64,000 bases of DNA from Alphaproteobacteria bacterium (GTDB taxonomy: Bacteria > Pseudomonadota > Alphaproteobacteria > GCA-2731375). Location of the stretch: positions 14,150 through 78,149 of the forward strand of contig CBDCGJ010000007.1 in assembly GCA_965216645.1 (NCBI GenBank), written 5' to 3'. Positions 1 through 10,311 of the stretch are shown one piece after another. A program made the translations under genes and the position numbers. The notes below the pieces were generated by a model. It searched no databases. It saw nothing but the letters and a program-made list of their open reading frames with translations, and was not told the DNA's origin. Position 1 is the first letter of the stretch, and every line of letters starts with the position of its first letter.

Positions 1-129
1 GTTTCAATACCATGAAGCATGTTGAATTTGTCTGCCGCGTTTGCGGCGATCGGCAATGGCGGCGCTACCGAAACCGGTTCCGTGGGCTGGGGCCTGGAGG
101 GGTTGATTGGCCGGGTGACGGCGGGTGAA

Positions 130-206
130 TGGTGGGCGTACCTGGATTCGAACCAGGGACCTCTGCGATGTGAACACAGCGCTCTAACCAGCTGAGCTAT
201 ACGCCC
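130..206 (-). tRNA. tRNA-Val (anticodon CAC)
   Basis: The reverse complement folds as a 77-nt cloverleaf: GGGCGTA acceptor stem, GCTC/GAGC D-stem, anticodon stem CTGTG/CGCAG with loop TTCACAT (anticodon CAC), GGTTCGAATCC T-loop, and a 3' CCA encoded in the sequence. Confidence 0.9.
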
Positions 207-249
207 TCAAGGAAGCCGCCACGGCTATAATGCCAAGGTGACGGCGATG

Positions 250-834
250 TCAAGCAAGCTCTAATAGCGCGTCCGGAAGCTCGTCGAAATGGTCGATCAC
301 GCGGTCGGCACCGAGCTCTTTGGCGGGGGTGAGGGTATAACCGAAACTGACCGCGATACTGGGCAGGCCGGCGGCTTTTGCCGCGTTGATATCGTTGGCG
401 CTGTCGCCGATCATGACGGCGCGAGAGGATGCCACGCCGAGGGCGTCGAGTGTTGCATGAATATGTTCGGCCGCCGGTTTTTGCTTGGTAACACTGTCGC
501 CGCCCAGCACCACATCGAACCGGTCGTCGACATTTAGCGCTTCGAGTAATCGTCGAGCCAGCGAAACATATTTGTTTGTGCAAACGGCACAGCGAATGTC
601 AGCGGCTTTTGCCGCATCGACAACCGACAACGCGCCGGGAAAGAGATAGCTGTCGACAGCGATGTTGCACTCATAATATTCGACAAACACCTCAAACAGC
701 CGATCCAGATCATATTTATCCGCGGCGTCGCCCAATCCCTTGACCAACAAGGCTCTGGCACCGTCACCGATGAGCATGCGAATTTCAGCGAGCGGGACCG
801 GTGGCGTATCGATCGTCGACAATGTGTGGTTCAC
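250..834 (-). CDS. HAD-superfamily hydrolase, phosphoglycolate-phosphatase-like; N-terminal DxDGT motif lies in a separate frame at 843..944 (apparent frameshift)
   Basis: The 194-aa ORF carries HAD motifs (LGGDS, K, GDSxNDI). Upstream, minus-strand ATG 944 encodes MATKQYDMRQVRDRFDALIFDLDGTLVDS, then a stop at 843. The body resumes in another frame as SAPDLTHAVNHTL. Confidence 0.6.
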   Translation of the reverse strand: MNHTLSTIDTPPVPLAEIRMLIGDGARALLVKGLGDAADKYDLDRLFEVFVEYYECNIAVDSYLFPGALSVVDAAKAADIRCAVCTNKYVSLARRLLEALNVDDRFDVVLGGDSVTKQKPAAEHIHATLDALGVASSRAVMIGDSANDINAAKAAGLPSIAVSFGYTLTPAKELGADRVIDHFDELPDALLELA

Positions 835-986
835 GGCATGGGTTAGATCCGGTGCGGACTATCCACCAACGTTCCGTCGAGATCGAATATCAAGGCGTCG
901 AAGCGGTCGCGGACCTGCCGCATGTCATACTGTTTGGTCGCCATAGGGGCCGCACCATAAGCGCGACCTGTCGAACAGACAAGCAT

Positions 987-1913
987 TCAGAAGATTAGGA
1001 AATCGGACTCATCGATGGCGCCGATCGAGATATTGGAAATCGTGACGCTGTTTCCGGCCGCAAGGTCGATGACGACGTCCGCGCCGACTTGAGAGGCGGC
1101 ATTGACCGCATCGCCCGCGGTTAGGATTCCGCCACCATTGATATTCGATTGAACAGCAATCAGGTCGGCACCATCTTGGAAATCAACGATATGGTCCACG
1201 CCGCCGTTGCTGGAAAACTGGAATATGTCGTTGCCCGTATCCCCTTGCAGCGTATCGTTACCGCGATTGCCGTCCAATTGATCGTCGCCGGTACCGCCGA
1301 AAAGCAGATCCTGATCTTGCCCGCCGTACAACGTGTCGTTACCGGCCTCACCGTAAATCTGGTCGTCCGCCAAATTCCCGTAAACCACATCGCTTCCGTC
1401 GCCGCCCCAAGCCGCGTCGGCATGCTGGCCGGAATAGAGCGTGTCGTCGCCGTTATTGCCGAACAAGCTGTCCGAGTCTTGGTTGCCGTAAATCAGGTCG
1501 TTGCCGTCGTTACCGTAAATGAGATCGTTACCGGACATGCCGATGGCCTGGTCGTCGAACGGGCTACCGTTGATAATGTCGTCGCGGGCAAAGATCTGTT
1601 GGAAGGAGATGAGTAAAGGGTCGTTGTTGGTTTCAAGGGCTAAGCCGACGTTTGTGATCGCTGTAACCTGACCGAGCATGTTCATGTTCGAATCGTAAAG
1701 AATCCGATCTGTGTATAATCCGCTGTAGTCGTCCATTCGTTGAAACAGGTTGGAGATGATGTATTCGTTACCCTGTTGATCCTCGACTATATGGCGAAAC
1801 TCCATCATCGAAGAAAACAGTGTCGTTGAAGCGACAAACGGTTCTACGGCGAATATCTGCGCCGTGGATGCGTTCATATTCAATCCGACTTGCAAATTCG
1901 TGATGATGGCCAC
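987..1913 (-). CDS. RTX-type calcium-binding repeat protein (hemolysin-type nonapeptide GGxGxDxL repeats; probable T1SS substrate)
   Basis: At least 8 tandem repeats (GNDLIYGNDGNDLIYGNQDSDSLFGNNGDDTLY...) and a C-terminal acidic/hydrophobic tail typical of T1SS signals. Start assigned to GTG 1913, which has a perfect AAGGAG SD 6 nt upstream. The longer 987..2609 ORF would overlap glmU. Confidence 0.7.
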   Translation of the reverse strand: MAIITNLQVGLNMNASTAQIFAVEPFVASTTLFSSMMEFRHIVEDQQGNEYIISNLFQRMDDYSGLYTDRILYDSNMNMLGQVTAITNVGLALETNNDPLLISFQQIFARDDIINGSPFDDQAIGMSGNDLIYGNDGNDLIYGNQDSDSLFGNNGDDTLYSGQHADAAWGGDGSDVVYGNLADDQIYGEAGNDTLYGGQDQDLLFGGTGDDQLDGNRGNDTLQGDTGNDIFQFSSNGGVDHIVDFQDGADLIAVQSNINGGGILTAGDAVNAASQVGADVVIDLAAGNSVTISNISIGAIDESDFLIF

Positions 1914-2114
1914 TTCTAGCTCCTTGTTCGACTCGAAGATTAGTAATTTCTTATAAAAATAGGCGAGAGACAACTCACGTTCGCGACAATGACGGCGCCG
2001 AAATGAGATGAAACACCAATTGAATTGGCCCGGGCATGGCCCTGTGGCAAAGTGCCCTATCCTTGCCGTGATTCTCTTGTAGTTTTCGAGTTCCGTTTGG
2101 AGAGACGCGTTCTG

Positions 2115-3470
2115 ATGACTAATTCTTCCTTGGCCGTCGTCATATTGGCTGCTGGCCGTAGCACCCGCATGAAATCCGACTTGCCGAAAGTCCTGCATCA
2201 CATTGCTGGACAACCTTTGCTCGACTATGTCCTTGGCGCGGCCGTTGAGTTGGCTGCCACCGATGTCACCCTGGTCGCCACGCCGCCCTACCGAGACGAA
2301 TTCGCGTCGCGCTACCCAAAAACTGCCGTTGCCGTACAGACCGACGCGCGTGGCACGGCCCATGCCGTGTTGGCGGCACGCGACCGGCTTATCGCGAATA
2401 AGGGGCCGGTGCTCATTCTCTACGGCGACAATCCGTTGATCCGCCCCGAAACGCTGAAAAGAATGCTTGCCGAAGTCGAGGCGGGGGCGGCGCTGTCGGT
2501 GGCTGGGTTTCGCCCGATGGATACGGCTGGTTACGGTCGTCTGCTGCTGGACGATGATGGCAATCTGTCGCGTATCGTCGAAGAGCGGGAGGCGAATGCG
2601 GAAGAGCAATCGGTTCGGCTTTGCAATGCCGGGTTCATGGCTGTGCGAGGCGACTTGCTGGTTCCGTTGTTAGACCGTGTCGACGACAATAACAGCAAAG
2701 GCGAGTTCTATCTTACCGATTTGGTCGCGTTGGCCTGCGGCGACGGGCATGTTTGCCGGGCCGTCGAATGCGCGGCGGAAGAAGCGATCGGCGTGGACTC
2801 CCGAACCGGCTTGGCCGCGGCGGAACAGGCAATGCAACAACGTCTGCGGCAGCGCGCGATGGACGCCGGCGTTACCCTGATAGACCCTGCGACAACCTGG
2901 TTCAGTCATGATACGGCATTAGATCGAGACGTCTTGGTCGAACCGTCCGTATTCTTCGGCCCAGGTGTCCGTGTCGGCCGACAGGCGACGATCAAAGCGT
3001 TTAGTCATCTCGAAGGGTGTAATATCGCAACTGGGGCCGTCATTGGTCCGTTTGCGCGGATACGACCGGGCAGCGACATCGCCGCCGATGTACGGATCGG
3101 CAATTTCGTCGAAGTCAAGAACGCGTCCGTCGAGGCGGGTGCGAAAGCAAATCATCTCAGCTATCTCGGCGATGCCCGGATTGGGGCAGGCGCCAATATC
3201 GGCGCCGGGACGATCACGTGTAACTACGATGGATATCTAAAATCTCACACCGATATCGGCGTCAACGCCTTCATCGGGTCGAACAGCGCGTTGGTCGCGC
3301 CTGTCAAGATCGGTGACGGTGCTCTCGTCGGCGCCGGCAGTACCATTGCTCACGATGTGGCGGCCGATTCCATTGTCGTCGAACGTGCCGCCGTCGAGGA
3401 GCGGCCCGGCATGGCGAAGCGGTATCGGGAACGCAAATTGAAACTGAAGGCGGAACGAGGAAACGATTGA
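2115..3470 (+). CDS. glmU: Bifunctional UDP-N-acetylglucosamine pyrophosphorylase / glucosamine-1-phosphate N-acetyltransferase
   Basis: N-terminal LAAGxGTRMKS nucleotidyltransferase motif, C-terminal hexapeptide LbH repeats, 451 aa. Start at ATG 2115 (MTNSSLAVVILAAGRSTRM), downstream of GGAGAG. Confidence 0.9.
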   Translation: MTNSSLAVVILAAGRSTRMKSDLPKVLHHIAGQPLLDYVLGAAVELAATDVTLVATPPYRDEFASRYPKTAVAVQTDARGTAHAVLAARDRLIANKGPVLILYGDNPLIRPETLKRMLAEVEAGAALSVAGFRPMDTAGYGRLLLDDDGNLSRIVEEREANAEEQSVRLCNAGFMAVRGDLLVPLLDRVDDNNSKGEFYLTDLVALACGDGHVCRAVECAAEEAIGVDSRTGLAAAEQAMQQRLRQRAMDAGVTLIDPATTWFSHDTALDRDVLVEPSVFFGPGVRVGRQATIKAFSHLEGCNIATGAVIGPFARIRPGSDIAADVRIGNFVEVKNASVEAGAKANHLSYLGDARIGAGANIGAGTITCNYDGYLKSHTDIGVNAFIGSNSALVAPVKIGDGALVGAGSTIAHDVAADSIVVERAAVEERPGMAKRYRERKLKLKAERGND

Positions 3471-5296
3471 TGTGCGGCATCATTGGTATCGTCGGCGCCG
3501 AAAACGATGTGGCGGGCGACATCCTGCAAGGACTGAAGCGGCTGGAATATCGGGGTTACGATTCCGCCGGTATCGCAACGTTGGTCAATGGTCATATCGA
3601 TCGCCGGCGAGCGGAAGGGAAGCTGATCAATCTCGCTGAACGTCTGGAAGAAAATCCGCTTGCCGGTATGATCGGCATCGGTCACACCCGTTGGGCCACA
3701 CATGGCGTACCGAACGAAGTGAACGCGCATCCTCATGCGACGGATCAGGTCGCGCTCGTTCACAATGGCATCATCGAAAATTTCCGTTCGCTGAAAGCCG
3801 AGCTGACCGATCATGGCGTCAACTTCGCGAGCGAAACGGACACCGAGGTGGTCGCTCATTTGATCACTCAGTATCTTCGTCAAGGCTTGACGCCGGTGGA
3901 GGCGGCCGCGAAGGCGTTGGGTCGTCTGGAAGGCGCTTTCGCCCTAGCGATCGTCTTTTCAGGCGAACATGAGTTGATGATTGGCGCCAGACGCGGCAGC
4001 CCATTGGTCGTCGGTTATGGCGATGGCGCAATGTATCTTGGTTCGGACGCCATCGCGCTGGCGTCCTGGACGGACCGCATCAGCTATTTGGAGGAAGGTG
4101 ATTGGGTCGTTTTAGGCCGAGATGACGCTACCGTCTTTGATGCCGAAGGCAATGAAGTGTCCCGTGAGGTTAGAACGACGTCCGCGGCGTTGTCGGACAT
4201 CTCGAAAGGCAATTTCCCGCACTTTATGATGAAGGAAATCTACGAGCAGCCGACCGTCATCGGTGACACGATCCACAGCTACTACAATCCGGCCGAAGGC
4301 ACGATCGAGATGGGCAATCTAGACATCGACTTCGCCGATCTCGGGCGCTTGTCGATCATCGCCTGCGGAACCGCCTACTATGTCGCGATGGTGGCGAAGT
4401 ATTGGTTCGAAAGCGTGGCGCGGCTATCGGTCGACGTGGATATCGCTTCGGAATACCGATATCGGGAAACGCCGATCAATCCCGACGACGTGGCCTTGTT
4501 CATTTCTCAATCCGGCGAGACGTTGGACACATTGACGGCGCTACAATTATGCAAATCGGCGGGGCAAAAAATCGTGTCCATCGTCAATGTGCCGGAAAGC
4601 GCCATCGCCCGTGAAAGCGACCGGGTCATCATGACGCTTGCCGGGCCGGAGATCAGCGTGGCGTCGACCAAAGCGTCGACCTGCCAGCTGGCGACATTGG
4701 CCTGCCTCGTGATTACGGCGGCGAAGCAACGGGGAACGATATCCACCGAAGAAGAGGCTCAACTCAGTCGAGCGATCGCGGCATTACCGTCACGAACGGC
4801 GGACATCCTGCATCATGACGAGCAGATCCAGGCATTGGCGCGAGATATGTTTCAAGCTCGGGACGTGCTTTATTTAGGCCGGGGGTCGTCCTATCCGATC
4901 GCCATGGAAGGGGCGCTAAAACTGAAGGAGTTGTCTTACATTCACGCTGAGGGCTATCCGGCCGGCGAGTTGAAACACGGCCCCATCGCCCTTGTCGCCG
5001 ATGATGTGCCGGTGGTGGTGTTGGCGCCCGGCGACAAGATGCAGGAAAAAACCGCGTCGAACGTTCAAGAAGTGGCGGCACGCGGCGGAAAGGTCGTGTT
5101 GATCACCGATGCCCAGGGTATGACGCGTTGTGGCGACAAAGCCTGGCACGCAGTCGAGCTGCCGGATTGCCATCCCTTCGTTGCGCCGATCCTATACGCC
5201 GTGCCGGTGCAATTGCTGGCTTACCACATCGCCGTTCTGAAGGGCACGGATGTGGATCAGCCCCGCAATCTCGCGAAATCCGTAACGGTGGAATAG
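3470..5296 (+). CDS. glmS: Glutamine--fructose-6-phosphate aminotransferase (isomerising)
   Basis: Starts MCGIIG (catalytic Cys2), with two SIS domains, 608 aa. The start overlaps the glmU stop (TGATG). Confidence 0.95.
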   Translation: MCGIIGIVGAENDVAGDILQGLKRLEYRGYDSAGIATLVNGHIDRRRAEGKLINLAERLEENPLAGMIGIGHTRWATHGVPNEVNAHPHATDQVALVHNGIIENFRSLKAELTDHGVNFASETDTEVVAHLITQYLRQGLTPVEAAAKALGRLEGAFALAIVFSGEHELMIGARRGSPLVVGYGDGAMYLGSDAIALASWTDRISYLEEGDWVVLGRDDATVFDAEGNEVSREVRTTSAALSDISKGNFPHFMMKEIYEQPTVIGDTIHSYYNPAEGTIEMGNLDIDFADLGRLSIIACGTAYYVAMVAKYWFESVARLSVDVDIASEYRYRETPINPDDVALFISQSGETLDTLTALQLCKSAGQKIVSIVNVPESAIARESDRVIMTLAGPEISVASTKASTCQLATLACLVITAAKQRGTISTEEEAQLSRAIAALPSRTADILHHDEQIQALARDMFQARDVLYLGRGSSYPIAMEGALKLKELSYIHAEGYPAGELKHGPIALVADDVPVVVLAPGDKMQEKTASNVQEVAARGGKVVLITDAQGMTRCGDKAWHAVELPDCHPFVAPILYAVPVQLLAYHIAVLKGTDVDQPRNLAKSVTVE

Positions 5297-5373
5297 CCTT
5301 ACCCATTGATGGCGCCGCTTTCGTGACTTATCTGTAGCTCCAGAATTCGGCGCGTCATTTCCGGGAGCTTTCC

Positions 5374-6753
5374 ATGAGCACATATGACTTTGACCTTTTT
5401 GTCATTGGCGGCGGGTCCGGCGGCGTGCGGGCCGGACGCATCGCGGCGAGCTACGGCGCGTCGGTTGGAATGGCGGAAGAGTATCGCTACGGCGGCACCT
5501 GCGTCATACGCGGCTGCGTACCGAAGAAGCTGTTCGTTTATGCCTCACACTTTTCGGAAGATTTCGAGGATGCGGCAGCCTACGGATGGACGGTCGGCGA
5601 AAGTCGGTTCGATTGGTCGACATTGGTGTCGAACAAGGACGCGGAAATCGATCGATTGAACGGCATCTATATCCGCATGTTGGAAGGGGCCGGCGTAAAA
5701 CTCTTTGACGGGCACGCCAAGCTGTTGGACCCGCACACGATTGAGATCGCCGGTGAGACCCGGGTGACCGCCGAACGAATTCTCATCGCCACCGGCGGTT
5801 ACGCCACGAAATTGGATATTCCAGGCGTGGAGTTTGGCATCACCTCGAACGAGGCCTTCCATCTCGACACGCTGCCGGAGCATGTCACGGTGATCGGCGG
5901 CGGTTATATCGCCGTCGAATTTGCGGGCATCTTCAACGGTCTCGGTCGCCAAGTTACCCAACTTTATCGCAGCGAACAGATATTGCGTGGTTTCGATGAC
6001 GATGTACGACATCACCTGGCGCAGGAAATCCGGAAGAAGGGGATCGATCTGCGCACCCATACCAATATCACCGAGATCGCGCGTTCGGCAGACGGATATG
6101 TCGCGACGCTGACCGACAGCAGCCGTTTGGAGACGGGTTTGGTCATGTTCGCGACGGGGCGTCGGCCGAATACGTTGGATCTCGGATTGGACGCCGCCGG
6201 CGTCGAATTGGATGAAAGCGGCGCGGTGAAGGTGGACAGCTGGTCCCAGACCAGTCAACCGCACATATTCGCGGTGGGGGACGTAACCGATCGATTCAAT
6301 CTTACGCCGGTCGCATTGATGGAAGGGCATGCCTTTGCCGACACGGTCTTTGGCGACAATCCGCGGCAGCCGGATCATCGGGATGTCCCGTCGGCCGTAT
6401 TCAGTCAGCCAAGCGTCGGCACGGTCGGACTGAGCGAAGCGGAAGCGTTGTCGGAAGGCTATGCGGTCGATCTCTACAAATCATCGTTCAAGCCGATGAA
6501 ACATACCTTAAGCGGCCGTGACGAGCAGAGCTTCATGAAACTGATCGTCGACCAGAAAACCGATCGAGTGCTCGGTTGCCATGTTGTCGGGCCAGACGCC
6601 GCGGAGATGGTACAGGGCATCGGTATCGCGTTGAAATGCAATGCCACCAAGAAACAGTTCGACGCGACCGTCGGCATCCATCCGACATCGGCGGAAGAAC
6701 TGGTCACGATGCGGACCAAATGGACCCCACCGGTGGCGGAAGCGGCAGAGTAA
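5374..6753 (+). CDS. gor: Glutathione-disulfide reductase
   Basis: FAD motif GGGSGG, redox-active [10 protein letters not shown] disulfide, C-terminal dimerisation domain with HPT motif, 459 aa. Confidence 0.85.
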   Translation: MSTYDFDLFVIGGGSGGVRAGRIAASYGASVGMAEEYRYGGTCVIRGCVPKKLFVYASHFSEDFEDAAAYGWTVGESRFDWSTLVSNKDAEIDRLNGIYIRMLEGAGVKLFDGHAKLLDPHTIEIAGETRVTAERILIATGGYATKLDIPGVEFGITSNEAFHLDTLPEHVTVIGGGYIAVEFAGIFNGLGRQVTQLYRSEQILRGFDDDVRHHLAQEIRKKGIDLRTHTNITEIARSADGYVATLTDSSRLETGLVMFATGRRPNTLDLGLDAAGVELDESGAVKVDSWSQTSQPHIFAVGDVTDRFNLTPVALMEGHAFADTVFGDNPRQPDHRDVPSAVFSQPSVGTVGLSEAEALSEGYAVDLYKSSFKPMKHTLSGRDEQSFMKLIVDQKTDRVLGCHVVGPDAAEMVQGIGIALKCNATKKQFDATVGIHPTSAEELVTMRTKWTPPVAEAAE

Positions 6754-6836
6754 GTCCGCTCCCGCAACGCCGTTTCCCTTGGCATATCTCTTGCGCGCGC
6801 GTATACAAAGCACCTTTTCGCCACGGGATAATGGCC

Positions 6837-8228
6837 ATGACGCAAACTTGGAGCCCCGATAGCTGGCGGTCGAAGCCGGCGCTGCAGCAACCTGACTATT
6901 CGGATCAGGGTAAGCTCGATGAGACCATCGATCGGTTGAGGAGCTATCCGCCCTTAGTCTTTGCGGGCGAGGCCAATGACATGAAACGGCAATTGGCTGA
7001 GGTTGCCGAGGGTCGGGCATTCCTGCTTCAGGGCGGCGATTGCGCCGAAAGCTTCGCCGAGTTCCATCCGGACAACATACGGGATACCTTTCGCGTCCTG
7101 ATGCAAATGGCTGTGGTCTTGACCTATGGCGCGTCGTTGCCGGTGGTCAAAGTCGGCAGGATGGCCGGACAGTTTTGCAAACCGCGCTCCAACCCGACGG
7201 AGACTCAGGACGGCGTCGAACTGCCGATCTATCGGGGCGACATGGTCAATGGCATCGAGTTCGACGCCGACGCTCGCATCCCGAATCCGGACCGTTTGCT
7301 GCAGGGCTATGCTCAATCCGCCGCGACGTTGAACCTGCTTCGCGCCTTCGCGCAGGGCGGATTTGCCGATTTGCACAAGGTCCAGGGCTGGACACTGGAT
7401 TTCATTGCCGATACCGATCAGGCCCAACGCTACGGCGAAATGGCGGAGAGAATCTCCGATGCGCTCGAATTTATGGAAGCCTGCGGGATCACCGGCGACA
7501 AGGTGCCGCAGGTTGGCCAAACTTCCTTCTATACAAGTCATGAAGGCTTACTGCTGCCTTATGAGGAGGCCATGACCCGCGTCGATACCATTACGCGGGC
7601 GGGCGGGCATTTCGATACTTCGGCCCATATGATTTGGATCGGCGATCGAACCCGCCAACCCGAAGGCGCTCATGTGGAATTCTGTAAAGGGATCAACAAT
7701 CCGCTCGGCATGAAAGTTGGACCGAGTATGGATCCCGATGAATTGATCGGCTTGATCGAAACCTTGAACCCCGACAACGAGCCCGGACGGCTGACACTGA
7801 TTGTCCGCATGGGGGCCGACAAGGTCCGAGACCTATTCCCGCCATTGTTGGAGCGGGTGCGTGACGGGGGGCATAGCGTCATTTGGTCCTGCGATCCGAT
7901 GCACGGCAATACCATCACTTCGTCCACCGGTTACAAGACCCGCCCATTCGAGCGGATTTTGGATGAGGTCAAGGGTTTCTTCGATGTGCATCAGGAATGC
8001 GGCACCTATGCCGGCGGCATCCATGTGGAAATGACAGGGCAACAGGTAACGGAATGCTTGGGTGGGGCGCAATTGATCGACGAAGCGCAATTGTCCTCTC
8101 GATATCACACCCATTGCGATCCCCGTTTGAACGCGTCCCAAAGTTTGGAACTGTCGTTTCTAGTTTCGGAGATGCTGCGGCGGCAACGTCGCGGCGCAAA
8201 CGCAACGCAAGCGTCCGCGACGGCCTGA
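6837..8228 (+). CDS. Class II 3-deoxy-7-phosphoheptulonate (DAHP) synthase
   Basis: About 464 aa with the N-terminal [23 protein letters not shown] pattern and the KPRS/SHEGLLL/GDRTR motifs of plant-type AroA(II). Start chosen at the second ATG (6837), 9 nt after GGGA. The upstream ORF extension overlaps gor. Confidence 0.8.
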   Translation: MTQTWSPDSWRSKPALQQPDYSDQGKLDETIDRLRSYPPLVFAGEANDMKRQLAEVAEGRAFLLQGGDCAESFAEFHPDNIRDTFRVLMQMAVVLTYGASLPVVKVGRMAGQFCKPRSNPTETQDGVELPIYRGDMVNGIEFDADARIPNPDRLLQGYAQSAATLNLLRAFAQGGFADLHKVQGWTLDFIADTDQAQRYGEMAERISDALEFMEACGITGDKVPQVGQTSFYTSHEGLLLPYEEAMTRVDTITRAGGHFDTSAHMIWIGDRTRQPEGAHVEFCKGINNPLGMKVGPSMDPDELIGLIETLNPDNEPGRLTLIVRMGADKVRDLFPPLLERVRDGGHSVIWSCDPMHGNTITSSTGYKTRPFERILDEVKGFFDVHQECGTYAGGIHVEMTGQQVTECLGGAQLIDEAQLSSRYHTHCDPRLNASQSLELSFLVSEMLRRQRRGANATQASATA

Positions 8229-8245
8229 GGTAAGGGGACTTAGCG

Positions 8246-9373
8246 ATGGATATCGAAACCGAAATTGCCGATTGGACCGACCACTATTTCAAGAAGACTA
8301 AGGCGGTGGTCAAGAAATTCGGCGAGAAACGGGTCACCTACGCGATCTTCATGCGGCGGCCGATCTGCTTCACGCCGAAAATCATGGTCGATTGGTTGAA
8401 CGAGGTTTCGGCCGAACGGGGCGTGGATTTTGATATCCAACTTTGCCATGAGGAGGGCGATTGGGTTGGTGCGGGCGACCCGCTCGTTTATCTGACCGGT
8501 CCGATGTCGGAACTGGTCGATCTCGAGACCTTGTATCTACAGAAACTCGGTGCCGCCTGCGTTGCCGGATACAACGCTTATCTGATGTGCCGCGATATGC
8601 CGAACGCCGCGTTCCTCGCGATGGACGCGCGCCATTGCACGGGCGCTGGCATGGCTGAGTTGATGGCCTATGCCGCCAGTGTCGGCAGTGAAGCCGCGGT
8701 GCGGGAGCACAATGTGGTGGGTTTCATCGGCAATGCCACCGACGCGACTGCCGGTTTCTTCGGTAAGGATGGCGGCATGGGAACCATGCCGCACGCATTG
8801 ATCGGATACGCCGGATCGACTTTGAAAGCGGCGCAAATCTTCCACGAAACCTTCCCGGGCGAGCCGATGACGGTACTTGTGGACTATTACGGTCTGGAAA
8901 TCACCGACGCTCTCGCGGTCTGCGATGCTTTTCCAGAGTTAGCGCGGGAGGGGAAATTGTCGGTGCGCCTCGACACGCACGGCGGCCGCTTCCTAGAAGG
9001 GTTGGACCCTCAAGAATCCTATGCGGTTCTGGAGCGCAACGTGCCGCGTGCGGTACGCCAATACCGGACGGAGGACGAGCTTCGTTGGTTGGTGGGAACC
9101 GGCGTCTCGGCCGCGGCTGTTTATTATATGCGCGAGAAGCTCGATGAAGCCGGCTACAACGCCGTCAAAATTGTCGCCAGTTCAGGCTTCGGACCGGCAA
9201 AATGCCGTGTTATGGGCAGCGTGCGTGCACCGATCGATGTCGTCGGCACCGGGTCTTATCTACCGGAAACCTGGCGCGAGACATATGCGACCGCCGATAT
9301 CGTTGCCTATGATGGCGTACCTTCCGTGAAAGTCGGTCGAGAGTTTCTGCTGCAGAAACTAAAAAAGGCATAA
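8246..9373 (+). CDS. Nicotinate phosphoribosyltransferase-family protein
   Basis: 375 aa with an N-terminal TDHYFKKT motif, the GTMPHALIG (GTxAH) motif and a VLVDYYG motif characteristic of the NAPRTase family. Confidence 0.6.
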   Translation: MDIETEIADWTDHYFKKTKAVVKKFGEKRVTYAIFMRRPICFTPKIMVDWLNEVSAERGVDFDIQLCHEEGDWVGAGDPLVYLTGPMSELVDLETLYLQKLGAACVAGYNAYLMCRDMPNAAFLAMDARHCTGAGMAELMAYAASVGSEAAVREHNVVGFIGNATDATAGFFGKDGGMGTMPHALIGYAGSTLKAAQIFHETFPGEPMTVLVDYYGLEITDALAVCDAFPELAREGKLSVRLDTHGGRFLEGLDPQESYAVLERNVPRAVRQYRTEDELRWLVGTGVSAAAVYYMREKLDEAGYNAVKIVASSGFGPAKCRVMGSVRAPIDVVGTGSYLPETWRETYATADIVAYDGVPSVKVGREFLLQKLKKA

Positions 9374-9390
9374 AGCGTCCTCGGCAAGAC

Positions 9391-10311
9391 ATGGTGGTGG
9401 ACAGGCAACGCTGGATCAGCCGTAGCGACGGCATAACCGGTATGGTCTGCATGATCGCCGGCACGTTCCTACTGACGACCCAGGATGCGATATCCAAATG
9501 GCTTGTGGCCGACTATTCGGTCGGGGCCGTCATGTGTTACCGCGGCATATTCTGTCTGCCCATAACTTTTCTGTTTCTTTGGTACAGCGGCGGGCGGCAA
9601 GTTCTGCGTGGCGGTCGAGCGGGGCCAATGGCGCTTCGGGGCGTTTTTGCATTGATAGCCAGCTATCTTGTCGTCCTGTCGTTTCGATATATGCCTTTGG
9701 CGGACGCCTTGGCGGTGTTGTTCGTCTCACCGATGCTGCTGACAGCGGCATCGCCATGGCTGTTGCGGGAGCCGGTTGGCTGGCGCCGCTGGCTCTGCGT
9801 TCTGGTCGGTTTCTCGGGTGTTGTCATTATGCTCCGACCGACGGGTGAGGGGGCCGGTTACTGGGCGTTAATCCCGCTTGCCGCAGCCTGCTTTTCGACT
9901 GCCAGGGATGGGATCACGCGTCTATACGGACAGGGCGATCCGGCAGCTACCATATTACTCTATACCGTCGTGATCGCGATTGCCGGCGGGGCCGCGACAT
10001 TGCCGTTCGCACCGGCTTGGCCGGCGCCCCGCGATTGGGTTCTATTTGCTGCCGGTGGAACACTTTGGGCTGGTGCCAATCTACTGCTGATCAAAGCCTT
10101 CCAAATTGCCGAGGCCGCCTCTGTCGCGCCGCTTAAGTACCTGGCTTTGGTCTGGGGCGTCGTTATCGGGTATATGTTCTGGTCCGATCTACCCGACATT
10201 TGGACGATCATCGGTGCCACATTGATCGTTGCCGCGGGTCTATATTTAATGCGGCGGGAAGCTAGAGCAGATTCACTTTACTCCGGTTCATATCCGCATG
10301 CGGTGAAGTAG
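9391..10311 (+). CDS. EamA/DMT-family transporter; C-terminus replaced by IS630 insertion
   Basis: 10-TM hydrophobic profile with duplicated EamA halves. The last 16 codons and the stop lie inside the left end of the IS630 element. The displaced original tail (ARLSRARRSGSGGVAPLR*) is readable after the IS at 11318..11370. Confidence 0.75.
   Translation: MVVDRQRWISRSDGITGMVCMIAGTFLLTTQDAISKWLVADYSVGAVMCYRGIFCLPITFLFLWYSGGRQVLRGGRAGPMALRGVFALIASYLVVLSFRYMPLADALAVLFVSPMLLTAASPWLLREPVGWRRWLCVLVGFSGVVIMLRPTGEGAGYWALIPLAAACFSTARDGITRLYGQGDPAATILLYTVVIAIAGGAATLPFAPAWPAPRDWVLFAAGGTLWAGANLLLIKAFQIAEAASVAPLKYLALVWGVVIGYMFWSDLPDIWTIIGATLIVAAGLYLMRREARADSLYSGSYPHAVK
10262..10273. repeat. IS630 left terminal inverted repeat
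   Basis: CTAGAGCAGATT is the exact reverse complement of 11307..11318. Confidence 0.85.

Noticed and set aside
987-2609. 540-aa minus-strand ORF extending the RTX gene upstream across the glmU 5' end
   Set aside because: The upstream 230 codons have no repeats or homology and overlap glmU. A GTG with a perfect AAGGAG SD at 1913 is the natural start.
5545-6378. 277-aa ORF antisense to gor
   Set aside because: No homology. The sense gene is conserved glutathione reductase.
6576-6836. N-terminal extension of the DAHP synthase ORF back to 6576, overlapping the gor 3' end
   Set aside because: Class II DAHP synthases start at the MTQTW... motif. The upstream extension is Arg-rich junk in a different gene's coding region.
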